Positions 16,221 through 25,886 of a stretch of 45,655 bases of DNA are shown one piece after another. Position 1 is the first letter of the stretch. Every line of letters begins with the position of its first letter. Source of the stretch: a virus (lineage: Duplodnaviria; Caudoviricetes). Location of the stretch: positions 1 to 45,655 of the IMG/VR virus record IMGVR_UViG_3300033067_000519. One strand, written 5' to 3'. Under the pieces are notes generated by a model, which had not been told where the DNA came from, did no database searches, and saw only the letters and a list, made by a program, of their open reading frames with translations. The position numbers and the translations under genes were made by a program.

Positions 16221-17222
16221 TTAAGACTTGTTACGATTGCGAATCATAGCCAGGATGTCTTCTGCACGTTGGCTAGAAGGCTTGGCTGTAACTGGAGCTT
16301 CTGCTTCAGCTGGTTCAGCATTTGAAGCGGCTGCTGGTGCCGCAGTCTCAAAAGGGACGTCGTCTTCATCTACCGGAGTAGATGTCCTTGCCGGGGCACT
16401 TGCTGCCGATGTGTTAGCTGGCTTGTCGCCGCCCTGGAAGCCAGGTGGCTTGAAGTAAGCTGCCCAACGATCTGGATCGTAAGGCTCACCATCAACTGAT
16501 GCTTCAAACATTTCCTTAATAACCTTCAACTCAACTTCGCCCGGACGCTTAGGCAAGAAGTCAGCAAGGTTATACAAACCAAACTTTTCAATTGCTTCAG
16601 CCTCATCGCCGTTGAGTGCAGTCTCTTTACGAGCCCACTTGCTGGTACTGTAATCGCTGTAACCGCCCTTGCTTGTTTTGGAAATTGTAAAGTCCAACCC
16701 TGCTTGGTAGTCAGTAGGAAGGTTTTCCAATTCAGGATCCATCAATGCTGCTTTGATCAAGTTAAAGATCTGTGGGCTGATAATGAATCGACGGATTGGG
16801 TTTTCGGGAGTTTTGTCGTCACTCAATGGGTTGTCATGCACAAAGCCTTGGAAGAGATAGCTCTTCTTTTTCCAGTACTTACGTCCCATTTCTTCCAGCT
16901 TAGGATCCTTAAACCAGCCGCGCACTTCTGCAAGAACTGGGCAAGCATCGCCCCACATCTCAACGCAAGGAACTTGGACAACTACAGGTTTGCTATCCGC
17001 TTGGCCTTTGATGCCAGCGAAAGGCAATTTGATCATTGCACGTTCAATCCAGAAGAATGTGTTTTTTGGGTCTGCGTCAGGAAGAAATCTGACTTTGGCA
17101 CTGGTACCTTCTGCGATATTCCAGTGTGGGTAAATGACGTTGTCGCCGCCTGCACCTTGAGCATTGCCTGCTCTGTTTTCACTTGCTTGAAGACGTGCGC
17201 GAATTTCTGCTAATGTTGCCAT
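16221..17222 (-). CDS. gp32: Single-stranded DNA-binding protein (T4 gp32-like)
   Basis: VRFLP, C...CPV, YWKK, KTSKGGYSDYSTSKW; acidic flexible tail. Confidence 0.9.
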   Translation of the reverse strand: MATLAEIRARLQASENRAGNAQGAGGDNVIYPHWNIAEGTSAKVRFLPDADPKNTFFWIERAMIKLPFAGIKGQADSKPVVVQVPCVEMWGDACPVLAEVRGWFKDPKLEEMGRKYWKKKSYLFQGFVHDNPLSDDKTPENPIRRFIISPQIFNLIKAALMDPELENLPTDYQAGLDFTISKTSKGGYSDYSTSKWARKETALNGDEAEAIEKFGLYNLADFLPKRPGEVELKVIKEMFEASVDGEPYDPDRWAAYFKPPGFQGGDKPANTSAASAPARTSTPVDEDDVPFETAAPAAASNAEPAEAEAPVTAKPSSQRAEDILAMIRNRNKS

Positions 17223-17291
17223 GATGTATTTCCTTTATAAATTAAGATGGTCTTAGTTTGCTATCTACTAATCGTATACAGCACAGTGTCT

Positions 17292-17321
17292 AGTATACGA
17301 TAAAGTATTTATGCAAGTCAA
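17292..17321 (-). promoter_or_regulatory. Nested promoters for gp32: TTGACT-18-TATACT with ATAAATA inside the spacer
   Basis: Direct reading. Confidence 0.6.
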
Positions 17322-17324
17322 AGA

Positions 17325-17348
17325 AAAAGGCAGAATTTTCTGCCTTTT
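17325..17348. terminator. Bidirectional intrinsic terminator
   Basis: AAAAGGCAGAA-TT-TTCTGCCTTTT. Confidence 0.75.
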
Positions 17349-17392
17349 GGTAAAACTAGTTTACACTAGTTCGAATTTAAGTTAAAACGAAT

Positions 17393-18874
17393 TTATACCC
17401 GTTTAAGTGTTCGCAAACCCGCAAGTCTCCGGATAGCATCAACGCTTTCAGTGGCTGGCTGGACTCCCGTTAGGGGCTCTTGCGCTGGTGCTGGACTTAC
17501 CGGGGCTGGGGTATTTGCTTGGGGAGTAAGCTCTGCAGGATTCGGTACTGTAGGGTCTGTGGGCTGTTGCTGTTGCATTTGTTCCTGGAATTCGGTTGCT
17601 AGATCTTTGTACCCATGCGATGCCAACCATTCTATAACTAATGGGCGCACATCTGTTTCTGGGCCGGTATCGCTTTTACTTGCATTGTAAAACTCGTCAT
17701 ACAGGCTATCCGATCCAATAACATTGTATAGCAGAGCACTGGCATTGTCGCCGTTGGGTCCTGCTTCAATAGGCTTTTGCATTAGGTTGCGTAGATTTTC
17801 TTGTTCTTCGTCTTGTTCAGGCACGGTCCATGTGCCTTCCTGCAATTGGCTAGCCCAATTTTCAAATTCCGCAACATACGAGTTTTCCATAGCAGTTTGT
17901 CTTTTCTTATATGCTCTATACACATAAGGCAATGCCTCGCCAAGACGGTCATCAAACACCTTCTTAACAAAACGTTCCTTGAGTGCATCAATATCAAATT
18001 CATCTTCGGCAATCATTGTATCGGGCACAAAACTTTCAATGAAAGATTTATAACCCTTTGGTCCCTGTATGCGGGATAGTTGTTCATGTATTTGGTGGTA
18101 ACGCTCAATACTGGCTTCAACCATGCCCACAGTTTCGACATCTTCGAATGTTCTGTTACGCATTCTGCGCACAAATACACTGAGGTCACTCATCTCAGTT
18201 ACCATTTCAGTAATGCATGTACCAATCTCATCATGAATTGCACCGCCTTCTGCAATATGTCGAGCCATTGCACGTGCCGGATTTAATTTGGTAAATGGTA
18301 GTAGGAAACGCTCACCAAGCTGCGTTTCAACAAAAATAGATTCGATGTTGCGTGTTCGCCCGCCGTGAACTTCGTCACTGACGTTTGCACTGTGCCGCAC
18401 TAGCAACCTAACTGGGCCAATGTTTTGGTAGCTATTTCTAGTAGTACCATGCATCTTGCTTTCGGATAAATCTAGTTCATGCGACTTGTAATTGCCATCG
18501 CTTTTGCTAACTTGCTCAAGGTCCCGAACTTTAAGGTTGCTGCGGTTAATGTCTCGAGTATCAAAACTCAACATATTACGCTTGGAAAAATGTCGTAGAT
18601 TACGCAAAAAGTCGTACCATTCTTGCTTTTGCAGCTCGTCTAGCTCTTGACTGATATTTTTGCTGAAATAAATCTTCAAACTGCTTTCATCAATAAGACT
18701 GACTGTGATGTTTCCAAAATTGTCTCCGTCTTTGCTAACAAAGTCAAAGTTGAAGAATCTAGCTTGCGATGGGTCACTAGTGGCTTTTGCTTTGGCATCA
18801 CCAACACTTACATTTTCGAACCTAGAACGAATTTTATCAAACAGGTCTTCGGCGATTTTATCTAATTCTCTCAT
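17393..18874 (-). CDS. Hypothetical late/virion protein (493 aa) with Pro-rich linker and C-terminal RRLAGL
   Basis: TAAATA at 18880-18885; directly downstream of terminase. Confidence 0.7.
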   Translation of the reverse strand: MRELDKIAEDLFDKIRSRFENVSVGDAKAKATSDPSQARFFNFDFVSKDGDNFGNITVSLIDESSLKIYFSKNISQELDELQKQEWYDFLRNLRHFSKRNMLSFDTRDINRSNLKVRDLEQVSKSDGNYKSHELDLSESKMHGTTRNSYQNIGPVRLLVRHSANVSDEVHGGRTRNIESIFVETQLGERFLLPFTKLNPARAMARHIAEGGAIHDEIGTCITEMVTEMSDLSVFVRRMRNRTFEDVETVGMVEASIERYHQIHEQLSRIQGPKGYKSFIESFVPDTMIAEDEFDIDALKERFVKKVFDDRLGEALPYVYRAYKKRQTAMENSYVAEFENWASQLQEGTWTVPEQDEEQENLRNLMQKPIEAGPNGDNASALLYNVIGSDSLYDEFYNASKSDTGPETDVRPLVIEWLASHGYKDLATEFQEQMQQQQPTDPTVPNPAELTPQANTPAPVSPAPAQEPLTGVQPATESVDAIRRLAGLRTLKRV

Positions 18875-18882
18875 AGTAGTAT

Positions 18883-20460
18883 TTACCTTAGAAGAATAAA
18901 GGGCATTGGTTCAACAAAGTTGTCGTCCCCATTATTTCGAAGTCTTTCATCAAGATCTGAGTCAAAATTTTGCAAAGTTTGCACCATACGAATAGATAAT
19001 AGCATTGCAGATACTAGGTCATCAGTTTCCCCAGATTTTGCAGCAAAACTAGTACCCGAAGCTACAAAGTTCTTTAACTCACTAATCAAATTATTGCTAG
19101 AAATAGTCATTTTCTTGCCTTCGAGCATGCTTTTAAACTTAGCACACACTGCAAGCTTACTCTTGTTAGTTGTTGTAAAACCCTTACGGTATCTGCGACC
19201 AGTACCAACTTTTGCTGGCTCGCTCAAAAATGTGCCGCGTATATTTTCTTCCCCTATCTCAGCAAAGCTAATAAGTGCAGCTTCTCCTAGCGTGTTGTTT
19301 TCGACGCTGTAGTAGATGTCTTGCTCAGACTCTGTGATATCATACAAAGTCTGACATATTTCCTTGACTATAGCACACTGACGCTGAACAATTGTTTTAT
19401 TGTGTTGCCACTCTCCAATTTGATTACATTCCGGTAACTCTAAAATTTGGATAGCCGCCGGATCGCCACCTGTGCCCAAACTAGGGTCTAATGCAACAAG
19501 GTAAACATGTCCTTTTTCGGGGCGTTTATACCAACGAACTTGTCCGGTACGATACATAGGTTCAATGCCACCTAGTTCAGCAAGTGTAATTGAATTAATT
19601 AGGGTCTCGTCAAAAATCAAGAACTCGCATCCATGCTCTCGACGGAAGCGTTCTTCGCCAATGCGGCCCATTTCTTCTTCTTTCCACTTTTCATCTCGAT
19701 CTGGGTGTTCATTCCAATAAGCTCTGTACGACTTGAACCCGTTGCGCCCAACTTTTGTAGCATTGCCAAATTCGTCAACGCACTTGTTGGCACCTTTCCA
19801 GATCTCAGCAAACTGATCTTCGTCCGAGTTAGGAGTTGATGTAATAATAGCTTTACCACCAGTAGACAGAGTAGGTGAAATAGAAGTCCAGAATTCCTTG
19901 GCAATGTTAGGCCTCACGAACGCAAACTCGTCACAATACAGCAGGGAAATAGACATACCCCGTCCTGTTGTTTCGGTTGTTGTTTGTGCAACAATACGAG
20001 ATCCATTTTCAAAATCAATGGAACCCTTGTTGTAGTTAGTGGCACCTGCTCTGATAAAGTTAGGCACGTTTTCGTATGCATATCGTACACGTTGCATAAT
20101 TTCTTGAGCTCCAGTGTACTTGTGAGCAGCAATGAGAATTGTGCTGTCGGGAACAAACATAGCGTACCAAAGGAGGTAGCCGGCGGCACTTGTAGACTTG
20201 CCCGTTTGGCGCGGCATCAAGCTAATACTAAATCGATTTTGGTGGTATGTATCAATAAGCTTGTCCTGGAACGGGTAGGACTTGTACAACATTCGGCCTC
20301 TAGTCGGGTGCTGAATGTAAAAATAATGGTTCATGAAGTACGCCGGGCCATCAATGGGGTCTGCGCACTTAGCAAACTCTTTGAGCTCTACCTCAGTCCA
20401 AGACTCCTGCATGTGGGGTCGTTTGACTAACGCATTTTCAATAGTTTTTGGTGTTGACAT
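18883..20460 (-). CDS. terL: Terminase large subunit (T4 gp17-like)
   Basis: YPFQ, PRQTGKST Walker A, YCDEFAF Walker B, ITSTPN, nuclease LDPSLG and DDLV. Confidence 0.96.
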   Translation of the reverse strand: MSTPKTIENALVKRPHMQESWTEVELKEFAKCADPIDGPAYFMNHYFYIQHPTRGRMLYKSYPFQDKLIDTYHQNRFSISLMPRQTGKSTSAAGYLLWYAMFVPDSTILIAAHKYTGAQEIMQRVRYAYENVPNFIRAGATNYNKGSIDFENGSRIVAQTTTETTGRGMSISLLYCDEFAFVRPNIAKEFWTSISPTLSTGGKAIITSTPNSDEDQFAEIWKGANKCVDEFGNATKVGRNGFKSYRAYWNEHPDRDEKWKEEEMGRIGEERFRREHGCEFLIFDETLINSITLAELGGIEPMYRTGQVRWYKRPEKGHVYLVALDPSLGTGGDPAAIQILELPECNQIGEWQHNKTIVQRQCAIVKEICQTLYDITESEQDIYYSVENNTLGEAALISFAEIGEENIRGTFLSEPAKVGTGRRYRKGFTTTNKSKLAVCAKFKSMLEGKKMTISSNNLISELKNFVASGTSFAAKSGETDDLVSAMLLSIRMVQTLQNFDSDLDERLRNNGDDNFVEPMPFILLR

Positions 20461-20512
20461 TTTGGTTTAATTCGCTTATAATAAGCATTCTTTCGTTTGG
20501 TTAAATATACTT

Positions 20513-21052
20513 ATGTCGCAAACACTGTTACTCAATTCAGATTACAATCCGATTAGTATTCTTCCATTAAGTGTTGTTAGCTGGCAACAAGCCGTCAAGC
20601 TATACTTTTTGGACCGAGTTACTATTCTGGAAACTTACCCAGGCCGGGTCATCCGCAGTGAACATCTCACTATGGAAATTCCCAGCGTTTGCGTGACTAA
20701 AGAATATTTTAACTACAAGAAAACAGTTAAATTTAGCCGCGCTAACGTATTCTTGCGTGATCTTTACCAATGCCAATACTGTGGTGAAACATTTGATAAG
20801 AATGATCTAACGCTGGATCATATGATTCCACGTGCTAGTGGCGGTAAAACTACCTGGGAAAACTCCGTAACTGCCTGCAAGCCTTGCAACTTCAAGAAAG
20901 GTAGCAAGTTGTGGAAGCCAATGCGTCAGCCATTTAAGCCAGACTATTACAGTTTGATTGCCCAATGGAAGAACAAGCATATCCAGGTTGCACACCCTAG
21001 CTGGCTAAAGTATTTGGGTATTGAAGAAAGCGCTGCGGTTAACGCTTCTTAA
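20513..21052 (+). CDS. HNH endonuclease (McrA-like)
   Basis: RDLYQCQYCG, LTLDHMIPRASGG, WENSVTACKPCN; TAAATA at 20502-20507. Confidence 0.92.
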   Translation: MSQTLLLNSDYNPISILPLSVVSWQQAVKLYFLDRVTILETYPGRVIRSEHLTMEIPSVCVTKEYFNYKKTVKFSRANVFLRDLYQCQYCGETFDKNDLTLDHMIPRASGGKTTWENSVTACKPCNFKKGSKLWKPMRQPFKPDYYSLIAQWKNKHIQVAHPSWLKYLGIEESAAVNAS

Positions 21053-21380
21053 CATCAACAGGTTTTTCTCCTGTTAGATAAGGCTTGGAAAACCAGAGTT
21101 TAAACCACTCTGGTGACCCAGGCTTAATATTGTGCTCTTTCTCGAGCCGCTGTTTTTCCATCCCAGTAACACTAATATTACTGCCAACTGGACTCATTCC
21201 GCCGCTACGATTTCCGTTGGGGCTTATTTCAGAGGCTTCGTATACACTCTTGGCCTCCGGCAATCCGGCCAATCTCTTAAGTTCATGTATGGGATCGTCA
21301 GCAGACAAAACAGCCTCATCAATATCGGGTGCTTTGTCTGCAAAGTCTTCGCTAGTTATCTTGAATTTTTGAGGCCACAT
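21039..21380 (-). CDS. Hypothetical head-associated protein (KRLAGL motif)
   Basis: Operon packing; shared motif. Confidence 0.65.
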   Translation of the reverse strand: MWPQKFKITSEDFADKAPDIDEAVLSADDPIHELKRLAGLPEAKSVYEASEISPNGNRSGGMSPVGSNISVTGMEKQRLEKEHNIKPGSPEWFKLWFSKPYLTGEKPVDVKKR

Positions 21381-21381
21381 A

Positions 21382-21741
21382 TTATACCCCGTATTGATTT
21401 TTCTTTGGTTTTGATGTAGGACTTGTTACGTTGATACTGTCAAGTTCTTCAGAACCTTTGCCCGTTGCTGTGGAATGCTTGATGCCCATTTTTTTCTCGG
21501 CACCTTTGCGAATCTCAGTATCAGCATCACTATAATCAATCATAGTAAACTTGCTGCCAATTGGGCCTTGCTCAGAACCTGCATCATTGGGACTAGCAGC
21601 AAGAGCTACCCCAAACCTATATGCCAAGTAGGGGTTATTGTTGTTGTCTAATGTGTCAAAAGTAGTCAAATTAGGCGCTGCTTGCGTCAAAGCCTTGCGC
21701 ATTGGCGCACGGCTTTCTTTGACAAATTCATGTGCTCGCAT
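21382..21741 (-). CDS. Hypothetical head-associated protein (N-terminus MRAHEFVKE)
   Basis: Operon packing; N-terminus like T4 capsid-targeting sequence. Confidence 0.65.
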   Translation of the reverse strand: MRAHEFVKESRAPMRKALTQAAPNLTTFDTLDNNNNPYLAYRFGVALAASPNDAGSEQGPIGSKFTMIDYSDADTEIRKGAEKKMGIKHSTATGKGSEELDSINVTSPTSKPKKNQYGV

Positions 21742-21745
21742 CTAA

Positions 21746-23026
21746 TTAGATCCGTGCAGGCAATCCTGCCATTTTACGCAAAACATCGAGGTCTCCGCCG
21801 CCAACAGGACTTGCTGGTGCTGCGTGTCCTAGCCCTAGATCATTGTGGAATCTCTCGCTTACCCATTCAAACGAATCGCCATCACGGTCTTTTTTAATAC
21901 CATATGGCATATCATCAAAATAGTAATCATATAGCGCATGGAACAAGTCGCGATCTAAATCATGTCCGTTGCTTTCTTTAAAACGCTTGCACTCATGACT
22001 AAATGTTTTGCAAATATGATCAAAGGTTCCGCTAGCACCGGCGTCAATGCTCTCTGCAACAGGAGGCATTACAGATTCATCAGTAGATGCATTTTTTAAT
22101 TCTGCACCAGTTTTAATTTTGTGAGCGCCATCGAATCCCATTAAACGCAACGGAATTTCGCTTACACGACTAAATGGCCCGTCGACTACTTTACCGCTTT
22201 CTGCATCAATTACATACTTTTGGTTGTCTTCGAGGTTACTATAATCGTGGCCCTCACTGTGCATGTCTGCCATAACTACTGGCTTTGCACCGACTCGTGT
22301 ATTGGCACCTTTACCAGTCACTGTACCTCGTCCGCCCTTGCCGCCAACTGTACCAATGTGCTTACTGCCGTAATCTGTTTTCTCAGACTTACGTGGTCCA
22401 CGATATTTTCCGTGCTGGATGTTACCGCCTCGGGATACAAAATCCGAAACTGCATCTTCTCTGACATCGTAATCATCAAAGTCATCGTAGTCGTCTGCAG
22501 AACTCTCGGCATCTTTCCAAATTGCAGCTTCAATATCTTCTTCGGCACTTCTGCTTAGAGTTTGAAGTTCCTGACCTGTTGCTAAATTATAAACTTTGTA
22601 TTCGTCGATTTCGGGATGCTCTTCGGGAGATCCACCGTGATATCCCCACGATGCAGGAGCATACCTTCCAGAAATTGAGTAGTTAACTCCTACATCAATT
22701 ACATAATCTGGTGCATTGTCCTCGTCGCCGGCGCCGTTTTCCCATGCTTCATATTCTGGATTGATAATTTCTAGTTCTAAGTCGTAACTTCTACCTGCTT
22801 CGGTTACTTTCTTAGGAAGACCTTTGTGTGGGGTACTAGCAAAATCTTTAGCATCGCGCTTGCTCATACCCGCAGCGGCTTTCTTCAAGGCAGGGCTCGC
22901 GCCCTTGACCTTCTCGCCCTTTTGCATAGCATGAACCATGCCCATGAACTTTTGCTGTTGCTGGCTAACAGCCTTCTCGGCTAGAGTTTGCTCAGCTTCT
23001 GCGATATAGTCTGTTAGCTTTTTCAT
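21746..23026 (-). CDS. Modular putative internal head protein with DUF3008-like N-terminal module
   Basis: KAVSQQQQKFMG...KDFASTPHKGLPKKV; MKKLTDYIAE start; RKMAGL end. Confidence 0.65.
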   Translation of the reverse strand: MKKLTDYIAEAEQTLAEKAVSQQQQKFMGMVHAMQKGEKVKGASPALKKAAAGMSKRDAKDFASTPHKGLPKKVTEAGRSYDLELEIINPEYEAWENGAGDEDNAPDYVIDVGVNYSISGRYAPASWGYHGGSPEEHPEIDEYKVYNLATGQELQTLSRSAEEDIEAAIWKDAESSADDYDDFDDYDVREDAVSDFVSRGGNIQHGKYRGPRKSEKTDYGSKHIGTVGGKGGRGTVTGKGANTRVGAKPVVMADMHSEGHDYSNLEDNQKYVIDAESGKVVDGPFSRVSEIPLRLMGFDGAHKIKTGAELKNASTDESVMPPVAESIDAGASGTFDHICKTFSHECKRFKESNGHDLDRDLFHALYDYYFDDMPYGIKKDRDGDSFEWVSERFHNDLGLGHAAPASPVGGGDLDVLRKMAGLPARI

Positions 23027-23027
23027 A

Positions 23028-24314
23028 TTAACGCACTTTCTTAACTACAGTGGGCTTTTTGAATGTGTTTGCATACTTAGAAGTTGGCTTTTTAACTTTG
23101 ATTGCTTCAAGCTCTTCCATAATTTCTGCTTCAAGCATAGCTAGTTCCTTAGCCTCACGCATGGCCATTGGATTGTCCCCTTGGCGATAGCTGTGCTTAT
23201 GCATGGTCTTTTCTTTATGCATATCAGTGCCCTGACGCAATTGTGTTTCTACGCCTTGAGTTTGTGGGTTAGGTTCGTTGGAATATTCTTCCTCAACTTC
23301 TTCGGCGCCCTTATAACCACCCTCGGCATGTGCCAAAGGGATACTAACTACTTCAGCGCCCATCTCTTGTGCGTGGTCTGCAATATCGTGGTCACCATCA
23401 CCGTCAACATCGCCCATTCCTACCATACCCTTCATACCTGCCAATTTTAACATTTGCATGAGTTCGTCGGCTTTTTCGCCATCGGCGCTAATGCTAACAG
23501 TTTTACGTCCTGTGCGAGTATCAATGCTGGTGTTTACACTCATGCCAGAATCGGACTCTCCGCCCATGTCTGCCATCATGCCACATTCGGCTAGGCGAGC
23601 TTCGTCAACTTTTTTCTTGTCTTCCTTCTCAGCTTCCTTACCAGTATACTTGTCGCCCTTGACTTGTGTAGCTGGGTGCTTTTTGCCCTTCATATCAGTC
23701 CAGGTAGTTTCTTTCTTTTCGGCAGCTTCGTCAACTTTTTTAGATTTATCGTCCTTCTCAGCTTCCTTACCAGTATACTTGTCGCCCTTGACTTGTGTAG
23801 CTGGGTGCTTTTTGCCCTTCATATCAGTCCAGGTAGTTTCTTTCTTTTCAGATTCTTTAACTTGATACTTCTTGCCGTCAACTTCAAAGTCGTCTTTACC
23901 GGCAGCTTTGGCCTTAGCTAGTTCGCCACTGAACTCGTTACCTTCTTCCATTTCTTCTTCGTCAACTTTTTCTGCAGACTCGATGATGGCATCCATTTTA
24001 GCAATTAGTTCGGCAATAGAAGATTCTTTAACACTCTTCTTGTCTGCTATAGCTTTTTTCATTGGCTCTTTTTTATCGCCGTCTTTGTCGACGTCCAAGA
24101 AGTCAGGTTTTTTGCCTTCGTCGACTTCCTTTTTCTTGCTGTCTTTTTCAGCTTCTTTTCCTGTGTACTTGTCTCCCTTGACTGCTGTACCCGGGTGCTT
24201 ATTACCCTTCATATCAGTCCAAGGTTTGTCTGATTTTTCAGCAGCTTCGCTAAGAGTTTGCTTACTTGCTACGGCAGAAAACGCCGCAAAAATTCTGTTA
24301 AAGTCCATGTCCAT
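23028..24314 (-). CDS. K/E-rich repetitive protein, putative prohead core/scaffold or internal protein (probable start MDMDFN)
   Basis: AAGGA SD before ATG 24314 right after upstream stop; 43-aa repeats; two DxDxDG motifs. Confidence 0.7.
   Translation of the reverse strand: MDMDFNRIFAAFSAVASKQTLSEAAEKSDKPWTDMKGNKHPGTAVKGDKYTGKEAEKDSKKKEVDEGKKPDFLDVDKDGDKKEPMKKAIADKKSVKESSIAELIAKMDAIIESAEKVDEEEMEEGNEFSGELAKAKAAGKDDFEVDGKKYQVKESEKKETTWTDMKGKKHPATQVKGDKYTGKEAEKDDKSKKVDEAAEKKETTWTDMKGKKHPATQVKGDKYTGKEAEKEDKKKVDEARLAECGMMADMGGESDSGMSVNTSIDTRTGRKTVSISADGEKADELMQMLKLAGMKGMVGMGDVDGDGDHDIADHAQEMGAEVVSIPLAHAEGGYKGAEEVEEEYSNEPNPQTQGVETQLRQGTDMHKEKTMHKHSYRQGDNPMAMREAKELAMLEAEIMEELEAIKVKKPTSKYANTFKKPTVVKKVR
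23623..23849. repeat. Tandem duplication: 98-nt identical copies at 23623-23720 and 23752-23849 (129-nt period); diverged third copy near 24115-24240
   Basis: Direct comparison; encodes TTWTDMKGKKHPATQVKGDKYTGKEAEK. Confidence 0.95.
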
Positions 24315-24315
24315 T

Positions 24316-24909
24316 TTATTTTCCTTTGGGGCTTGGTATTGTATTTTGGCGACTGCCAACGGGGCTTACTATCCCCAGGGGTAAAGAGTCGGTAGTAGTA
24401 CCGTCGGCTTTTTCCTTGCCAGCAATCTCAAATTTGCTGACTTTGTTTTTCTCAAGTTCCTTGATAAAGCTACCTACTCGAGCTTGGCCAACTAGTGCCT
24501 GCGCATTGGGCTCGTCTTCAAGTTCAGCATTTGTTAACAAAGCGCCGGCATCATCTTTGCCATGCGCTTCTGCTGCAATAATTTGTTCGTGTGCATCTTT
24601 GGTGTAAACACAAACACGACCTTTATCTAAAAGGGCACGTTCTGCAACGATGTGTGTTAACTGTTCAGTGGTAGTTGGGTATTTTAGCCCAATATCAATG
24701 ATGTGACATTCGCAAGGTCCCATTTTAGGGAAATCGCTATGTTCCTGGATAGGCAAGCGCTTGGCCTTGCCCATGTTTTCAACACCATATGCTTCCAATG
24801 CATTGCGGATTTTAGTTAAATTGTCCTCAGACATTTCTACTTCTGCCAGCTTGATTCGGAATTCATAGGTCTTTTGTGTGTGGTACAGATACTGTGTAAA
24901 TGGTTTCAT
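24316..24909 (-). CDS. Hypothetical late protein (197 aa)
   Basis: ATAAATA at 24934-24940; MKPFTQYL start. Confidence 0.7.
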   Translation of the reverse strand: MKPFTQYLYHTQKTYEFRIKLAEVEMSEDNLTKIRNALEAYGVENMGKAKRLPIQEHSDFPKMGPCECHIIDIGLKYPTTTEQLTHIVAERALLDKGRVCVYTKDAHEQIIAAEAHGKDDAGALLTNAELEDEPNAQALVGQARVGSFIKELEKNKVSKFEIAGKEKADGTTTDSLPLGIVSPVGSRQNTIPSPKGK

Positions 24910-24941
24910 ATCGGTGACAATTCCTATTATTGATATTTATG

Positions 24942-25439
24942 CTATTCTAGTTTCTTTGACTCTTTGCTGTCGGCTAAGATTTGCTTTAGCAATTCGTTTC
25001 TATCTAAGACTACTGCCTTCCCATCAATTGGCTTGGGCCCGTCACCTTCTTTTGCTGCTGTTTGATCTAAACGCAACTTTTTAAGTTGCAAGTCAATCAT
25101 TTTTAACTTCTTGTCAATTTTGGCTTGCTTGGCTGTAATAGCATGTCCTAGCAATACTCCGGCAGTTTGCAGAATACTACCACTAAACCTAGCCTCAACA
25201 TTCATACCCAAGTCCATTAAGTCCTCAAACTTGTCCTTGGCCATTTTAGCTAACTCATCTAGCTCGTTGTCGGCTTCGTCGAGGTCACGCACTTGCGGTA
25301 GTGCCTCGTTAATACGGTCGATTATGTTCTCTGCACCAGCTAGTATTTCTCTATTGTGCTCGATTTGATCTTCTATAATTACCGACTCTTCAGTAGTAGC
25401 TTCGGGTAAATTAAAGAGTTCTTCTAATTTTTTTGTCAT
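24942..25439 (-). CDS. Helical late protein, possible terminase small subunit
   Basis: 165 aa, central helices and C-terminal VLDRNELLKQI reminiscent of gp16-type TerS; TAAATA at 25445-25450; function tentative. Confidence 0.45.
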   Translation of the reverse strand: MTKKLEELFNLPEATTEESVIIEDQIEHNREILAGAENIIDRINEALPQVRDLDEADNELDELAKMAKDKFEDLMDLGMNVEARFSGSILQTAGVLLGHAITAKQAKIDKKLKMIDLQLKKLRLDQTAAKEGDGPKPIDGKAVVLDRNELLKQILADSKESKKLE

Positions 25440-25447
25440 GTAGATAT

Positions 25448-25885
25448 TTAGCGGGTTTTCTTGACACCGGCATAGATATCATCTTCGGTTACAATACGAA
25501 ACTTTAGCCCTTGCTGTGCGCACCATGCGCGGGCTGCTGTCCATTTGGCCATATTCAAAACTGCGGCAGCACGATCTCTGGGACTGCGAGCACTTTCTAA
25601 ACTCACTTGACTTTTGGGTTTAACTTCAATTACTTCTGCATGCTTTTGACTGCTTTTGTCAACGTACACAATCATAAAGTCAGGAACGTATACTGTATTT
25701 TTACCAGTGAATGGATTACGATACGGTATCATAAACGGCTCACTGGCCCAGTTCACTACCGCTGGGTTGTTGTCACAAAAAGTCATAAAAGTAAATTCCC
25801 AACCCGATCGATACGTTGGCGTTTTCTTTCCTACATATTTTTCAGAGTTTTTTACTTGAAACTTGCCGTTTGCATACTTACTCAT
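25448..25885 (-). CDS. gp4: Head completion nuclease (T4 gp4-like, TnsA-type fold)
   Basis: KYVG, YRSGWE, WASE, IPY, YVPDF, IEVKP motifs. Confidence 0.88.
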   Translation of the reverse strand: MSKYANGKFQVKNSEKYVGKKTPTYRSGWEFTFMTFCDNNPAVVNWASEPFMIPYRNPFTGKNTVYVPDFMIVYVDKSSQKHAEVIEVKPKSQVSLESARSPRDRAAAVLNMAKWTAARAWCAQQGLKFRIVTEDDIYAGVKKTR

Positions 25886-25886
25886 A

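Noticed and set aside
15102-20460. Inteins or introns in uvsX or terL
   Set aside because: Both have ordinary lengths and uninterrupted motifs
20461-21052. HNH as an RNA-guided (IscB/HEARO-type) nuclease
   Set aside because: No RuvC motifs and no adjacent non-coding space for a guide RNA
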